Assembly: GCA_977016875.1 (NCBI GenBank)
Contig: CDRNST010000143.1
Span: 1,426,001-1,490,000, forward strand
From: Pavona decussata
Taxonomy: Eukaryota
DNA: 64,000 nt
Direction: 5' to 3'
Part shown: piece after piece, positions 1-13,264 of the stretch
How the letters are laid out: each line of letters begins with the position of its first letter
How positions within the stretch are numbered: position 1 is the first letter of the stretch
Notes under the pieces: model-generated
The model's input: only the letters and a program-made list of their open reading frames with translations
What the model was told of the DNA's origin: nothing
Databases searched by the model: none
Translations under genes and position numbers: made by a program

Positions 1-320
1 TGTCTGTTTTCTGTGTATTTTTATTTGATAAAACAAACACAAATCCACGCAAGCGAATCAAATCCACCCTTGTGACGCGAGGATCAAATTTCGGTGCAAA
101 TTTGCGAAATGTTTCTTTCAGTCTGTTTTCTTGGAAATTCCTAACTCGTAACTAGTGTATTTTATTTGAAAATTAGAGATTCTGACTATTCTAGACCAAA
201 GAAGAGTTGTTGTTTTTTTACCCTGTAAGTTGTGTATTTTTAATGCACATGGTTTTTTTATTATTATCATTACAGCATTTATTTGCTAATTTCGTGAATT
301 ACTGAAAAACACGTGGCCGA

Positions 321-606
321 TAGAGCGGTTTCCAATTGAGCGTCGTAAAACCAAAACCAAAGTAATTACTCTGGCCAATCGCAACAAATGTAGACAACAA
401 AACGAGCCAATCAGAATTCGAAGGAAATACATGTAACTGGCGCCAAGCGCGGGAAAACGCGTGCGGCGAAAACACGATTGGTTTTGGTTTGGATTCCCAT
501 TGGTTGAGAAAGTGGCGCGAGCTTTGTTAACCAATCACAGAGCGTAGTAATGCAAAACCAAAGCAAACGCAAAATAACTTTCGACACTCAATTGAAAACC
601 GCTCTA
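321..606. mobile_element. Palindromic MITE (TAGAGCGGTTT...AAACCGCTCTA family)
   Basis: Inverted termini; related, more decayed copies at about 13371-13665, 20996-21180 and 28740-29040. Confidence 0.7.
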
Positions 607-635
607 ATGGCCTTACATATGGAAGTGTAACTCAC

Positions 636-3600
636 TTGGCAATAGGTAGGACTAGTGTAAAACAGTATGTCAAGGAGCGTGCTGTTTGTGAACTCTCGCA
701 GGCGACGTATACTTCCCAAAGAAATGGAGTTAAGTCTTCTACAGAAAAAAAAAAACACATTAAAACAACAACTTTATTAACACTGTCAATAACATCTAGT
801 TTCCAATAGTAGTAGAATAATTGACCGATCTAATTTAAGTCTAACTAAAACGAAAATTTAATAGTGCGGAGACTGTCAACTGAAGTCCTGTACCATTAAT
901 TTAGTGAATGTTCTATTGTATCATATTCAGGAGGGAGCACAGCAAAGTGGTTAAAATACTGGACTTAAAATCTGGATGTCCTACATTCAAATTCAAGTTG
1001 GATAAAGGGGCAGCATCACCTATTTTTATTGTCACTTTGAATAGCCAAAAAACATATTTGTATGGTTGTAAACGTGCAAATAATGTTTCACTTTTGCATA
1101 GTTGATAAATGGCAATGGTTATGAAAACTGACAAACTTTTTTGTTATATGTTTTTGTTTGCATTTTTGGCCTTGACCCTGCACAAACCACAATAAATTTT
1201 GAAATGTGTTGGAACAACTGACTAATAGAAGCATTCCTGTCAAGATATTCAAATGTAGTGTGAACGTTAAACAAAGGATTGTGCACGGTCACGGCCCTTC
1301 CAACATAAATTGCAGCACCATTGTTTTCATGGCAAGGTTTCATAACCAGTTCCTAAATTAACTGTGAGTTTTGTTAACAAAAACCCTACTAGTGCACAGA
1401 AACTAGTATCATTCAACTTTGGCTGCAATTGGCCAGGATGGAGATGGATTGTGCTGTAACTTGAAAAATTTTTCAAGTTCCTTCTTCAAGAGTATTTTCG
1501 AAAAAATTGCTAAAAACTTATTATAGTCAAGTCTGAGAAATCATTTCATACTGTCATCCTGGTGCTGTAAGAGCAAATTAATGTTGGAAAAGAGGTTCTT
1601 AGTAAAAACATACGAGCACTTTCGACCAACATGCAGCAAAATCTCCATGATAGTGCCCCTTTAAGCTCTGGCCCGCTGGACCATTTGTCGGTCCTGTGTG
1701 ACTTAACCTCCAAATTGTACTGAAGTGAATTCGCAGTTTTATGAGAAACACCTATCAAACTCACTGATAAAATCATGTTCCCACCACTAAAAGTAACCTT
1801 AGAATTTCCACCTCTGTCTTGAGTACTCCACAAAAAACCTACAAGTGTACACTGTAGATTTCTACTGTATTTTAAGTGTTGTTATAAATTGTGCTTAATG
1901 CGCCGTTCTGTAACTGTAAGCAGTCCAGGTGTAGAGTTGTGAACTGTTGTAATTGTTACAATAACGTAATTAGTGTTAGTGCTTGTAACATTGTAACATA
2001 ATGCAGAATAAAAAAAATAAATTTAAATAAAAAAAAAAGATTTGTACAATTAACCTTGAGATGCATTATCATTTACATGTGCACATCATACAACACTTAC
2101 TCGTCTACCCCAGTAGAATCATTATGAAGTCTTGAATGCCACTGCACAGGCAAGAACTCCACCCGTCCTATCGCACGACCTCTAGATAGCTCCTCATGGT
2201 GATCAACCAACATTTGAAGACTAATTTTCCTGAAGTCATCAACTGCAGTGGAGATTAACAAGAAAACAAAGTTAAGGGCCTCATCTAGAACAAGGCAACA
2301 CAAGGCACTCACCTTGCTTGGATCTCAAATTTTAACATTTTATATTCCATCCAAGCAATTTGCATAATAACTACTGATTAATCACCATTCATGTCACATG
2401 TCAAGTTCTATTGTTTTCTGAAAAAAAAATTAGTTCTAAACACTGTCCAGAGTTGAATACAAAACCAAATTCCACTGATCCTTAAAGTGGGACAACACAG
2501 ACAACTGTTTAACTCCACAAAGTACTATAATAGTAATTTTGAGCACAAGACAATCCTAAGATTGAGAGAGAGAGCATGGCAAACCTTGGTGCAGATCACT
2601 CTTAGGCTGTGCTCTCACAAGTCAACCATCTAATAAATACTTGTATTTTACATCTATTGTCACAATCATCTACTTTGAGATGACTGAAATTACAGAATGA
2701 CAGTTCATTGAGAGAGAGTATTATAATTATTGTTCCGTGCTCTGTTGCCTCAAAACAGTCCAAATACTGTATATGGGAAAATGTAAAATATAAATAACCT
2801 TTATTTACCCTCCGCGGTGTATATAGCACAAGTGCTAGTGACGCCAAGCATTAAACTTCACAAAGAAATAATTTAAATTGAAAACAACAAGGTTAAAAAT
2901 CCCAACTGGCAGGAGGCAGATCAGCTGGCTACATGTATTTACAAGCGTGGCCGAGGAGTTGAACTCAATAGGCTACCGAGAAACAACTCCAGCTAGCGGT
3001 CAGGTCAGAGTGGGACTTGAACCCAGGACTTCCAGATTGCAAGTCGGGCACCCTAACCACTTAACCACACTGCCTCTCAGTTAGCCATCATTACAAAGAC
3101 ATAATGTTGTCTCAAAATGGAATGTGTTTTACAATAATAATTCTCATTTACATAATAATTATATAAATCATTGAAATGGTTGATCGAAACATGTCTTGCA
3201 AACTCAAAAAAGTTGTCAATTTTCTCCAAAATAATACTTGCACATGAAATTCATATCTTATTTTAGTGAATACTTTAGCCAGAACCCAAAAGAACAAGCC
3301 TGAAAAAATTCCACCGTGAGTGGAATACCATGCAAGCCTGGAGTTTTTCTTCAGGCTTTATTTTTGCAGCTGCTTATTAAGTATTTTAAATATTATTTTA
3401 TTATTTTAATAAGCTGACTATACCTACCACATTCAATAATATTTCTAAAGTTCAAATCTGCAATAGGACCAATACCATGGACGACAAAAATCAAGTGATC
3501 TATTTGGGCAGGTTCACCTAACAAAAAAGAATTTACATTGTACATTGTCAGTAGCAATTTGACAAGCATAAAAGTAATTATAATTAAAATTATGAAATTA

Positions 3601-3803
3601 AATTAGTATTTATAATGGGAAAGTTTATGTTTGAAGGGTCTCTTGACACCATTGGGGATTGTTAGAAATGCCATTCCATCCCAAGCTGAACTGTATATTA
3701 AAATTATAATGTTCAATAATAGCAGCACTACATGTTACTTTTTACATAAATAATAATAATTATTGTAGGGTACAGTGTAAAAGGAAAAACGTTGTTCAAT
3801 TCC

Positions 3804-3834
<31 letters not shown>

Positions 3835-6800
3835 TTAATAATTAAAAATGAACCATGAATTAATATGAGAGCCCAACTCGCTGTAGAAGTTTTCAGTCTC
3901 CCCCTAACAAATAATAATAATTATGAAATTAAACCGATAATTGGCATCTATATGAAAGGACATTACATCGGTACCCTTTAAAAGTCATGAGAAGCCTAAA
4001 AATTGTTTTAAAAAGTTTTAAGTTTTGCTTTGAATAGTGATAAAGAGGTTTCTGATTTCAAATCCTCTTCAAAACTGTTCCACCCTTTTGCAGCTTCATA
4101 AGTCCATCATCAAAGCTTACCGTCATCAATTTCATCTTCAATATCCGCTATCCCTCTCCTCACCACCTTCGGTCTTGCTACACTGTCCTCTCCACTCCAG
4201 TTTTGTGCCTCATTATTTGGTACAAAATGCACCATAACATTAGCATTATGCATCATGATATGTTCTCCACTTGAGAGCTCAACCCTACGAGGCCACTTGT
4301 TCTCACGAAATGCCAATGAAAACTCAGCCTGAAAAGAATGAATCAACATGTTAAGTAAACATGTATATGGCCAAGAAAACAATATAAATTAATAATAAAG
4401 TGTCTACTTCATTGAAACCCAAGGGCTGGAGTACTCGGGAACAAAAGTAACAACGAGATGCAAGGGATGAGGGAGGCAGTGTGGCCAAGTGGTTAGAGGC
4501 ACGGACTTGTAATCTGGAGGCCCCTAGTTTGAGTCTCCTTCTGACCACTAGCTGGATTTGTTTCGGGGTAGTCCCCTGTTCAAATCCTCGGTCACGCTTT
4601 GTAAATAGCCAACTAGTAAGCCTTCCTGCCAGTGGGTATGTTAAACAAGTTCAATTCTGTTTGTTTTTAAAATATTTGTTAGATTACATGGCCCCACAAG
4701 CTCCTTGCTTTAAATCTTACCATGTATAAATAAATTTCCTTTACTTTTACTTTACTGTTTTAAAGTGAAATATTGCCTGGAATTTTTCCTTTTTGTTTAG
4801 ATGGGGGGGGGGGGGTGGGGAAGGGGCTGAGCGACTGCGTAGGGTTGAAAACTCTTTTGGGACATGCATTTTTTTCAGAAAATTTCAGGTTGTAGTCATG
4901 ATTATAAATCTTGGAATGCCTGTGAACATGGCTGCTGGTTCATACTTAGAAATTCTGACTTTCCAAGGACACAAATCTCAAATAATATAAAATTATATCA
5001 GGTATACATCTGAGTGACTGATATCAAAACCAAAAGCAGACTTAAACCACACAGTGCTGTAACAATAGGCAAGATTGTGTATCGCATTATTGAACATTTG
5101 ATGGCATAAATAACATTTCTAGGCTGGATCACCATCTGCGTGTTGGGTAAGACCTAGGGTTACAAAAATGTTCGCTGGAAATCAAGTCTTAAAGATTTAC
5201 AGAAACAAATGCAAAGACAAGTACCATTATACTGTACCTCGAGTGTGGTTGCCATGTCTTCCATATATGGCACAAGTTTGGACTCTCCATCTCCCTTATA
5301 AAACCAAGAACACCTTCGTACTACTGAGACACTCTCTTCCCAATACAGAGGGTAGCGCAGCCTCTTATCAAGGTTAACATCATATCGTCCACCATCAGTA
5401 GGGATGATTCTGTCGGTACTGGCTGAAGATGTTTTCAAAGCTTGCTCTAAGCTATCAGAATCTATGTAGGAGAATGGGACCCAACGAGAAGTTTCCTTTC
5501 TGTAAAACCAGTGTGGCTTAACTGGTTCAACTGTAAAATTTGGTGCAGGTGACATTCCACTTGGAACTTGATGAGAGAGTGAGCGATCATGTTGTGATGA
5601 GTCTTGAAGAGAAGTGTACGGGATAGAAGATGGTCCAGTGGCCTGAGAAACACTTGATGCACTGGGTGGAGTCTGAGGAAAATTGGCAACAGACTGGGGT
5701 GGAGTTTGGGGCCAGCCGGTAGCAGGCTGGGGTGGAGTCTGGGGCCAGCCAGTAGCAGGCTGGGGTGGAGTCTGGGGCCAGGCAGTAGCAGGCTGGGGTG
5801 GAGTCTGAGGCAGACTGTTCGAAGAAACAGGAGGGGTCTGGGAAAAATTGGTTGTAGGGTGATACGAAGACTGGGGAAGATTGGTCACTGGTGGAGAAAA
5901 AGACTGAGGAGGACTAACTGACGACCTGGGAGGAGTCTGAGAACCAGGTCCCACAGTTGCTGAAGTCTGTAAAGGTGACTTAGTGGTGGGAACTTGGTTT
6001 CCAGAAAAAGCATCTCTGGTAATTTGAGTCTGAGTGGCTGTGGCAGGCGTGAGGAAGTCATCATGACCAGATGAGGAGGAGGACATTGTAAAGAATGGGG
6101 AACTTTGACTCTTCCCTTGTATCACTCCTGAAGATTCTTTCACAGCTGACTGGAAGGGTGATTGGGTCTGCGTTTGTGAAGTTGGTTGCTGACCAAGAAA
6201 ACTGTCTACCTCCCCATGTTGGTCAAGATCTACAGAGGGTGAAAAAAAAGGATTGTAACTTAAAATAGGTGCTACTGTATTAGAAAGTGCGGATAATCAA
6301 ATTAACAAAAGATGCATGCACTAACGTTGGCTTACTGTGATACCATTTCAACTTCTGAGTCTGTGGATGAAATCTTGAAGTGTGACTATTCAAAGGAAAG
6401 CTACTGAGCACTACTTTGTTGTAGCCCTCTCAGTGTTAATGTAGGTGATTGGCAGGATACAGACACTTATCTGCCACTTAGTTGCTCTAATTCCAATTAA
6501 CACAGACAAAGACCAGGCAGTAAAGAATAGAACCTAGGGAGAGGAGGGTGAGTAAAGCTAGTGAAGAGAGACTGCAACTGACCTTTGAGCAGACGCTGAA
6601 CTCAATATGACAGAAAAGAAACTTGACTCAAGTGTGAAAAGATTGGAACCAAGCGAAGGGGTTGAAATGTCTCGGCTATTGTATAAAAGAAATAGATTCC
6701 ATAACACACAGAGGACGTCAAAACTTCAATACCACTCTAAGAAAATGAAGTTTGTTTCATTCTGTACAGAACCAAGGCAAGGTGAACAAAACCTCAGTAA

Positions 6801-8287
6801 AGAAGTTACACATGTAGTGTGTGTGACAAAGTTGGCATAAAAATCTAAGAAAATTGGAATTGAAAAGAAAAGCATTAAAATGTGCAGCCAAACATGTTTC
6901 AAATAAATCAGCATCTATCAAATGAAACACATATATACAGCAGCTGTTACTGTACCAGACTGGCAGAGGGAAGAAAAATAAAGTAAAAATCTGTTATTCA
7001 AAATGTTATAGTCCTACAAAGGAAGACCATCATGCAGGACATTAATTGTGAGATAAAAATGCATTACAATAAAGTCAATAAAAAATATAACACTAAATGA
7101 AAAAATCTTTTATGAACTTTACTTAATAAAAATATTTCTTTTTACAAATATGGAATTTCGAAGGAGTAGGGAGTGCCAATGATAAGAGTCTTGAAAGTTC
7201 AGAGGGTGGGGGGAGTATTGTGAAAAACCTCTGAAATGGAAAATCCTGAGGGGTGGAGAGATCCAAAGGAAAAGACCCCTTCGTGGGGGGAGGGGTGGAT
7301 TTCTTCTGGCACTACACCTTGAGAAATTGCCATTAGTTACAATTAAACTCTTATTGGGTGCCTTCAGAAAACCTTTTCAAATTTCAGTTTCGACCAGGTC
7401 ACCACCCCCCAACCTCTCAAAATAAAACAGGCATGTAAATCTTAAACAAGGACCCACGCTATAAAAGGAATAGCTCCTCCCCCTCTTTGTCACACAATCT
7501 TTGTTTCGTAGTCCTAATCAAAGATGGCGGACTCGGTGAGGAATATTCGGATTATTCGGACTCGGATTCGAATATTCGGACTCGGATATTCCCCAGTTTT
7601 AGCTGGGGTTTCTTAGGTCACGTGAGGCGTTAAGAACAATCGCGCGCGAGCGAAAATATTTGATGGATTATAATTTATATTATCAACGATTATTTTGTGC
7701 TTTGGATTTTCCATGGCTGAATCTTTCTCCAAGAAGCCTAAACCAATGCCTCCTCGTGCACAACGGATTAGGTACAGCATACAGCTTGAGGTTGAAGCGG
7801 ATATGGAGCAGCGTTTGGAGGGATTGAAATCTAAACTTCAGCGGGTTAAAAGTGCCTTACCAATGGGTAACCTTTTGATGATGGAATGATTGCTGAGCTC
7901 ATTCGAAGAAAAACGGAAAAAATGTACGTGTATCTGATCCTTTTGGATCATGGAAAAAGCAAAAACAAAAGGTTCAGCGGCAGATACATATTATTGAAGC
8001 AACGAGAATTTTACATCTGCTTTGAAACTAAGTGATATACCTAATTAAAAGATTAAACAATCCAGAGGAGGAATTATCACAACAGTTGTAAACTTGATGC
8101 AATGATCTTTCGTACCTCTACTCGCTGCCGGAGTTACAATCGGTTGATTTCCTGAAGAAATTGATGGCGACTCAGAAGCTGGTACAAGGGTTGGTCCAAA
8201 GGTCAAATTTCCTCCAAAATCTGCCAAGGAAATCCCGTGTAAAGGCGTACGTTTTTGTCCGGAATCAAAGTTCTGTCTGTCCGCCAT
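636..8287 (-). CDS. SEC23IP: SEC23-interacting protein / DDHD2-type intracellular phospholipase A1 (p125), first six coding exons; gene continues left of the window
   Basis: Phase-consistent GT-AG exons on the minus strand: 8287-8116 ([10 protein letters not shown]...), 6229-5238 (EVDSFLGQ, Pro-rich region, PHWFY...DGGRYDV...[11 protein letters not shown]), 4328-4121 ([17 protein letters not shown]...RPKVVRRGI), 3517-3428 ([13 protein letters not shown]), 2242-2101 (VDDFR...[10 protein letters not shown]), 738-636 ([22 protein letters not shown]). These motifs are colinear with vertebrate SEC23IP/DDHD2 as I recall them. Confidence 0.93.
1110..1352. repeat. Dispersed repeat; second copy at about 61274-61512
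   Basis: About 240 bp of clear direct similarity between the two loci; short inverted ends ggttatgaaa...tttcataacc. Confidence 0.7.
2790..3077 (-). mobile_element. tRNA-derived SINE-like element
   Basis: Minus strand begins gaggcagtgtggttaagtggttaggg (A-box-like) followed by gggttcaagtccc (B-box-like); AT-rich tail. Confidence 0.65.
3803..3835. repeat. (AAT)n microsatellite
   Basis: Seen directly. Confidence 0.9.
4471..4757 (+). mobile_element. tRNA-derived SINE-like element
   Basis: gggaggcagtgtggccaagtggttagag tRNA-like head, second B-box-like gttcaaatcc, aataaa and (tttac)n tail. Confidence 0.65.
5660..5840 (-). repeat. Coding 33-bp tandem repeat ([11 protein letters not shown])n in SEC23IP exon 2
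   Basis: About four near-identical units such as ggctggggtggagtctggggccagccagtagca, plus degenerate flanking units. Confidence 0.9.
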
Positions 8288-10053
8288 CTTGGAAAATGGA
8301 CACGTCAGAACAGTGTTGTAGTATCGCGGGCTCACGATGGTGGATAAGTTCGTCAGAGAAGGAAGGGCTTTCAAGGTGATCTATTGTTTAGCTCACGATA
8401 TCAAATTTCCAGGGAGGCCGTTCTCTGAGCTGAGGAAAGGAATTTATTTTTAGTTCATTGACGCTTCATTACATTTTTTTTGATAGGTTGTTAACGTTGA
8501 CAAATGACACTTGAAATTTCTTGGTCCAGTGTTTAGATAAACAAGTACGTATTTTAAAAACTCAAAAGTCCACGTTCATAACTCATTGACTCATGTAGAA
8601 GGCAATGCGGAATGAATACTGAAAAAATGTGTAAATCAGAATTCAAAATGGTAAGGAAAAATAAACAAGGATGGACTTGCGCTCTTCGCAATTTGTTAAA
8701 CTCCTTGTGCGCTGCCCACTTAGCCAAAAAATTTCGGTTTGAAATTTCGGAAATTTTCCGCGTCAAATGGAGAGACTTTTTTTCCATTCGTTCCAAACTT
8801 GCAATCTCATTGGTAGATCTAAAAACGTACTGAATGGCGCAAGAAGACAACCTAAATGACAAGACAGGCAAGACAAATTTCCGGGATCGACATAATGAAA
8901 CTACCCTCTCCCTACCCCAGAGGGACTTCGCTCCCGCTGGGGGGTGTGGAGACGAAAGCCCTTGTGAACGAGGTTTGGTTCTGTCGCGTACCCATTTCAT
9001 GGCAGAGAAAATCATTGTTGTTTTAATCAATACCCAAACGAAGTGACAAATCCTAAACAAAATTACAAGGGGGGTTAGCGTCTAAAGAAACTGTGTTGCT
9101 GCGTCACTGGGGACTGAAAACCAATGAATTTGGGTGCTTTTCTGGACGTACTTACTTTTACTTGCACGGTGAACCTGGAGCACTCTGCATTTAGCCAAAG
9201 TTTTCTTTTGGAAGTTCTGGAAACTTTCCGCGTTAAATCAAAGGCTTTTTCCACACTGCAATGATGGCATAAGAAGACAACAAAATGCATATGGAAATGA
9301 ATGGTCATTTCCGTTCCGATTGGATGAAACGGAAAAAGTGGAGTACTCGGAAGGTTGTCCATTTGTTCCGGGAAATTTCCGTTTGATCTGCGCTATTTGC
9401 ATTTCAATCGGTTGACATATTGGAATTTTTTTTGGAAAGCACCCCAATAACTTACGTTTGCTTTTCTCAAGTTCAAATTTCTACGCAAGTTTACCACCAT
9501 GGACCGATTCAAATGAATCAGACGTAATTCAGCACCTGGTTGCAATGTTTTTGATTAACAAACTATCTATAACCTATAAATACAGCTTTCTTGCAACTTG
9601 CAAATTACGCAAACCAGCAATTTCGTTTGGTATTTTCAAACCGCTACACTGACTTATGCCTTCGTTTAGCCACTGACTTAATTCAACCTCTATTTGCACG
9701 CGCGGATGTAAATATAGTAAAGTGCGCGCTAATGCTCGTATTTTGCTGTTTGCAAAGATGAGCGGCACATAGGGAAACTTCACATACCTCAACGAACTAA
9801 AGACTTGAGAATGTCAATTTTTGAGAAAGCAGCTTGGCCACAAAAAATAATCTTTTGTTCCTTTATATGAAGTGAAAAAGAACGTTACGGAAGGTTTGTG
9901 CCGACTCAAACGAAATAGTAACGATCGCGCGTACTGCGAGTCACATCAAAGATGGTGTCATCAAAATTCATAACGGAATTTTTCTATCTCTGCGTTAATG
10001 CACATCACAAAGTCTGAAGGGTGCTTGGGTTAATTAAAACCCTAAAAGGGAAA

Positions 10054-13000
10054 ATGGAACTGAAAGATAGTCGCTCAGAGGAGAATTTGCAGTGTGTTGA
10101 AAGCGACAGCGGACACTCGGTAAGTTATGCAGTTAAATGAGCAGACTTATCGGAATCAATGAATTTGTTATATCTATGTTTAGTTCGCCAAAAAATGTTC
10201 AGGTTTGCGTTAAGTTATTAAAATGGATCAAAAGTGGACATTTGAAGTGAGTTGCATTTTGGAAAGAATTCTCATGGAAACTTCAAATCTAATCTAAGTC
10301 TGCAGATGTGCAGGTGCCTATTGTTCTTACCAATCGTAATGTATGATAATGAATTTAAAAACAATGGAACATCAAGTTTAAACCAAAGGTAAAATTAATC
10401 CACAACAAATATAACACATGTAGAGGTATTGGCACTATGAATATTGAAAATGAGAAAGAAAACGTCAGGGTCTATTTCAGGTAACTTGCAATAGTACGCT
10501 TGAATGTGCGTAAAGCTTTTTGTTGAATTACCTCGACACAGCCGGGGAATTTCATTCCTTACTTCTTCTTTCCATAGAGCCGGAATTTGTGTTTTTTGGT
10601 CAGTGTTCAGTGGCAATTTGTTGTCAGTTGTTTTGGTCGTAGGCACTTCTATATTTGAGAACGAGTGCCACTTTCGAATTTCAATCCAGTCGGTTCTCAG
10701 AACTTTGGCTCCTTCCTAGTGTATCAGCACATATGTGGAGAGTCCAGAAACAAGATTGGCGTGACGACAAGTGATTATCAATTATTTGAAAACTCTTTCC
10801 CTTCGGAACTCAATCTGAAGTCCCTAATGAAATCATCAGAGAAGAGACAGACACGGATATCTCGCCACAAACCGGACGCTTTGTACATCATTCTAAAGCG
10901 ACCTTCAAACGGCAAATTAAAGTTGGCAAACTCAAGTTGGCGTGTGTGAACGGCACAAAAACAGTCGGCAAACAAGTTGGTAAACTGTTGGCGACAAATA
11001 GAGCTTGCCTCTATTCTCGCCAACTTTTTCACCAACTTTTTCGTGTTGGTAAACTCGTATTTGACGTGTGAACGGTTGGCAAACGTGTGTTGGTGACTGT
11101 CAACCAATCAAAACACCCGCTCTGTTCACGTGATTTGCATGACACTTCACAAAATGGCGGACGGATGTGCAACTTTTCAATTCATCGAGGAAGTTCAAAA
11201 CTGTCCAGATGTGTGGGAAGAAAATGGAAGAACTAGCGGAGAAACTGGGGTTGAAAGGCGCGAAGCTCTTGAAAGAGCGTGTTGTACGCTCCAAGGGTGG
11301 GATTTCTACTGATATAAGGTTTCGTCCAAACCTATTATTTTGCCAGCGCTTTCTGTTTCTTCTTCGGCGATTAACATACAATAGGACCAAGACACAAACG
11401 GCAACTCTTCGTGAGTGCCACTGCACTACGTCGGCCATCTTGCAAATTTAGCATATTGTGATTTGACGCGAGTTTGACGTGTAAAAGTAAGAGTTTGCCA
11501 ACACGAGTTTGCCAACTTTAGTTTGCCGTGTGAAGGCCACTTAAGACAAGTTAACCTACGTGGTGGCTAACAGAGATAGCCTGCGTGCAGACGTCTCGTA
11601 TTTCTTCCTACGTCGACGTTTTTCGACGTAGGAAGAAATACAAGACGTCTGCACGCAGGCTAAACAGAGACCGTGTACGACTTAGCTTTGAATCAGTACC
11701 TGGAGTTTGAGAGGTGGGGGGCTCTAGGTCACACAACATTTACCCTGTCAGATCTTATTAACATTCAAGAAATTAAATAAAAATAACACTAATGCAATAA
11801 TACTACAATACTATCGCTACTGTCGCAAAATGAACATTTTATTGTCATTAAAATATTCAGTCGCTCCTGGTCGCGAAACCATCCCGGCAATGGTAAAAAT
11901 GACCTCAAGAGCCACCGATCCCTAGTCTCAAATAAGCGCTATGAAAAAAAGATGCTATCCTAGGTGATATTTCATACTAAGCTTCGCGATACCATTCTTT
12001 TGCTTTACACAGCCCTCGTCGACGGAATGCCTTGGTAGTCACAAAACAGATACCAACACACCAACCTGTCGGATCTGCCAAACATCCGGGAATTCCGAGG
12101 ACGAGAACGTAGGGGAGCTCCTGGTTAGTCCTTGCAATTGCAGGGGTAGCCTCGGTTTCGTGCACAAAATCTGCATGGAGAAATGGCTGAGCGTGCGTAA
12201 TCAAGACACGTGTGAGTTATGTCATTTTACGTTCATGACAAAGAGGAGGTTTAACCCACATCACGGGGTAGGTATGCGTGCTTTAGAATATAATAAATAT
12301 CCTTCTTCCACCAAACGTTTATTCTGTGGATATGCTCACGGTGTTATTTGCATGAGTTTGGACATCTTGTACATGCCATTGTGTTTGACGGAAAGGGCCT
12401 CCGTCGCGTATACATGGTGGTTTTAAGTAATGTTTAAAAAACATTCAGGGGAGCTGCGACTTTTTTGAACGGCTTCATAAACATTCCTGGAAAAGCGTGT
12501 GTCAATAGAGTTCATAACAATTATGCTTTTGTGAACTTGCAAATTAGCATACAAAAAAAACACCGCATACTAATGAGGGGTGTTTTATCAGCTGATAAAA
12601 CAACGCATACTAATAAAGAGGACGTTTTTCGATATAAGGTCACTGCACGTGATGTATTATCGACCATCTGATAGGTCAATGGGCTTATGAATTATTAATG
12701 TATTTTGCAAACCTTAGAAGCTCCTGTCTCCTGACTCCGTCTTATCAAAGTGTCCGTGGTTTTTTTGAAAACCTTCATTTGACAATGTCTTTTTTAAAAC
12801 CCAACGAATCTATTAGTCAGTAAATTTACTAGTACAGTAAGTCGTTTTCGTAACTGTGCTCAGAATTCAATTCAAATGTTTTAATGCTTATATAATTTCA
12901 GCTACACTTTGGGCACGCCCTGGGAATGCTAAGCAGCGATGAAAAAGGAATCCTTGTCCTGGGATTTATCAACTTTCTGCTCTTGTTTCTCGAGATTCCG

Positions 13001-13264
13001 TTTCTCTACTACGTGATAAAGATCAACAGCATGTATTTCCTCAGCAAATTAAACAAGGCAGACGCAAGCGAAGAGGAATCTAGTGATATTTACAGCCTTC
13101 TTCTCATTCTGCTTCTGATTTTCACGTTGGTTTTGTTCGTGTCTTCTCTCGCCTTCACTGTGTTTGGCTCGAAAGTGTTTCGAAAACTTTTGGGGTTCAG
13201 CAGAGAAGTGGTCATCCTCATTCCCATGAGGCCTTTGGAACGAACATTAGAAGGGATTGTGTAA
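10054..13264 (+). CDS. Membrane-associated RING-CH (MARCHF-like) E3 ubiquitin ligase with two TM helices
   Basis: Exons 10054-10119 (MELKDSRSEE..., inferred first exon ending at GTAAG), 12013-12267 (CRICQ...SPCNCRGSLGFVHKICMEKWL...CELC, a C4HC3 RING-CH), 12902-13264 (two hydrophobic segments and stop). All junctions are phase 0. Confidence 0.85.
10897..11541. mobile_element. Non-autonomous PIF/Harbinger deletion derivative in MARCHF intron 1
   Basis: About 35-bp TIRs (agcgaccttcaaacggcaaattaaagttggcaaactc and its reverse complement), TAA TSD on both sides, internal MADF-like start (FIEEVQNCPDVWE). Confidence 0.8.
11577..11662. mobile_element. 86-bp hairpin MITE (TAGCCTGCG...CGCAGGCTA)
   Basis: Near-perfect palindrome with an 8-bp TSD aacagaga on both sides. 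Confidence 0.85.

Noticed and set aside
4471-4545. tRNA-like sequence (also at about 3005-3077 and 20650-20726)
   Set aside because: These are SINE heads with degenerate stems that continue into repeat bodies, not functional tRNAs
7695-7889. Short [14 protein letters not shown]... in SEC23IP intron 1
   Set aside because: It lies in repeat-like sequence and is truncated; possibly a transposon ORF start, but I cannot support a family or boundaries
10640-10896. Possible extra MARCHF exon
   Set aside because: No frame gives an open acceptor-to-donor path compatible with the flanking phase-0 exons, even after removing the TE insertions
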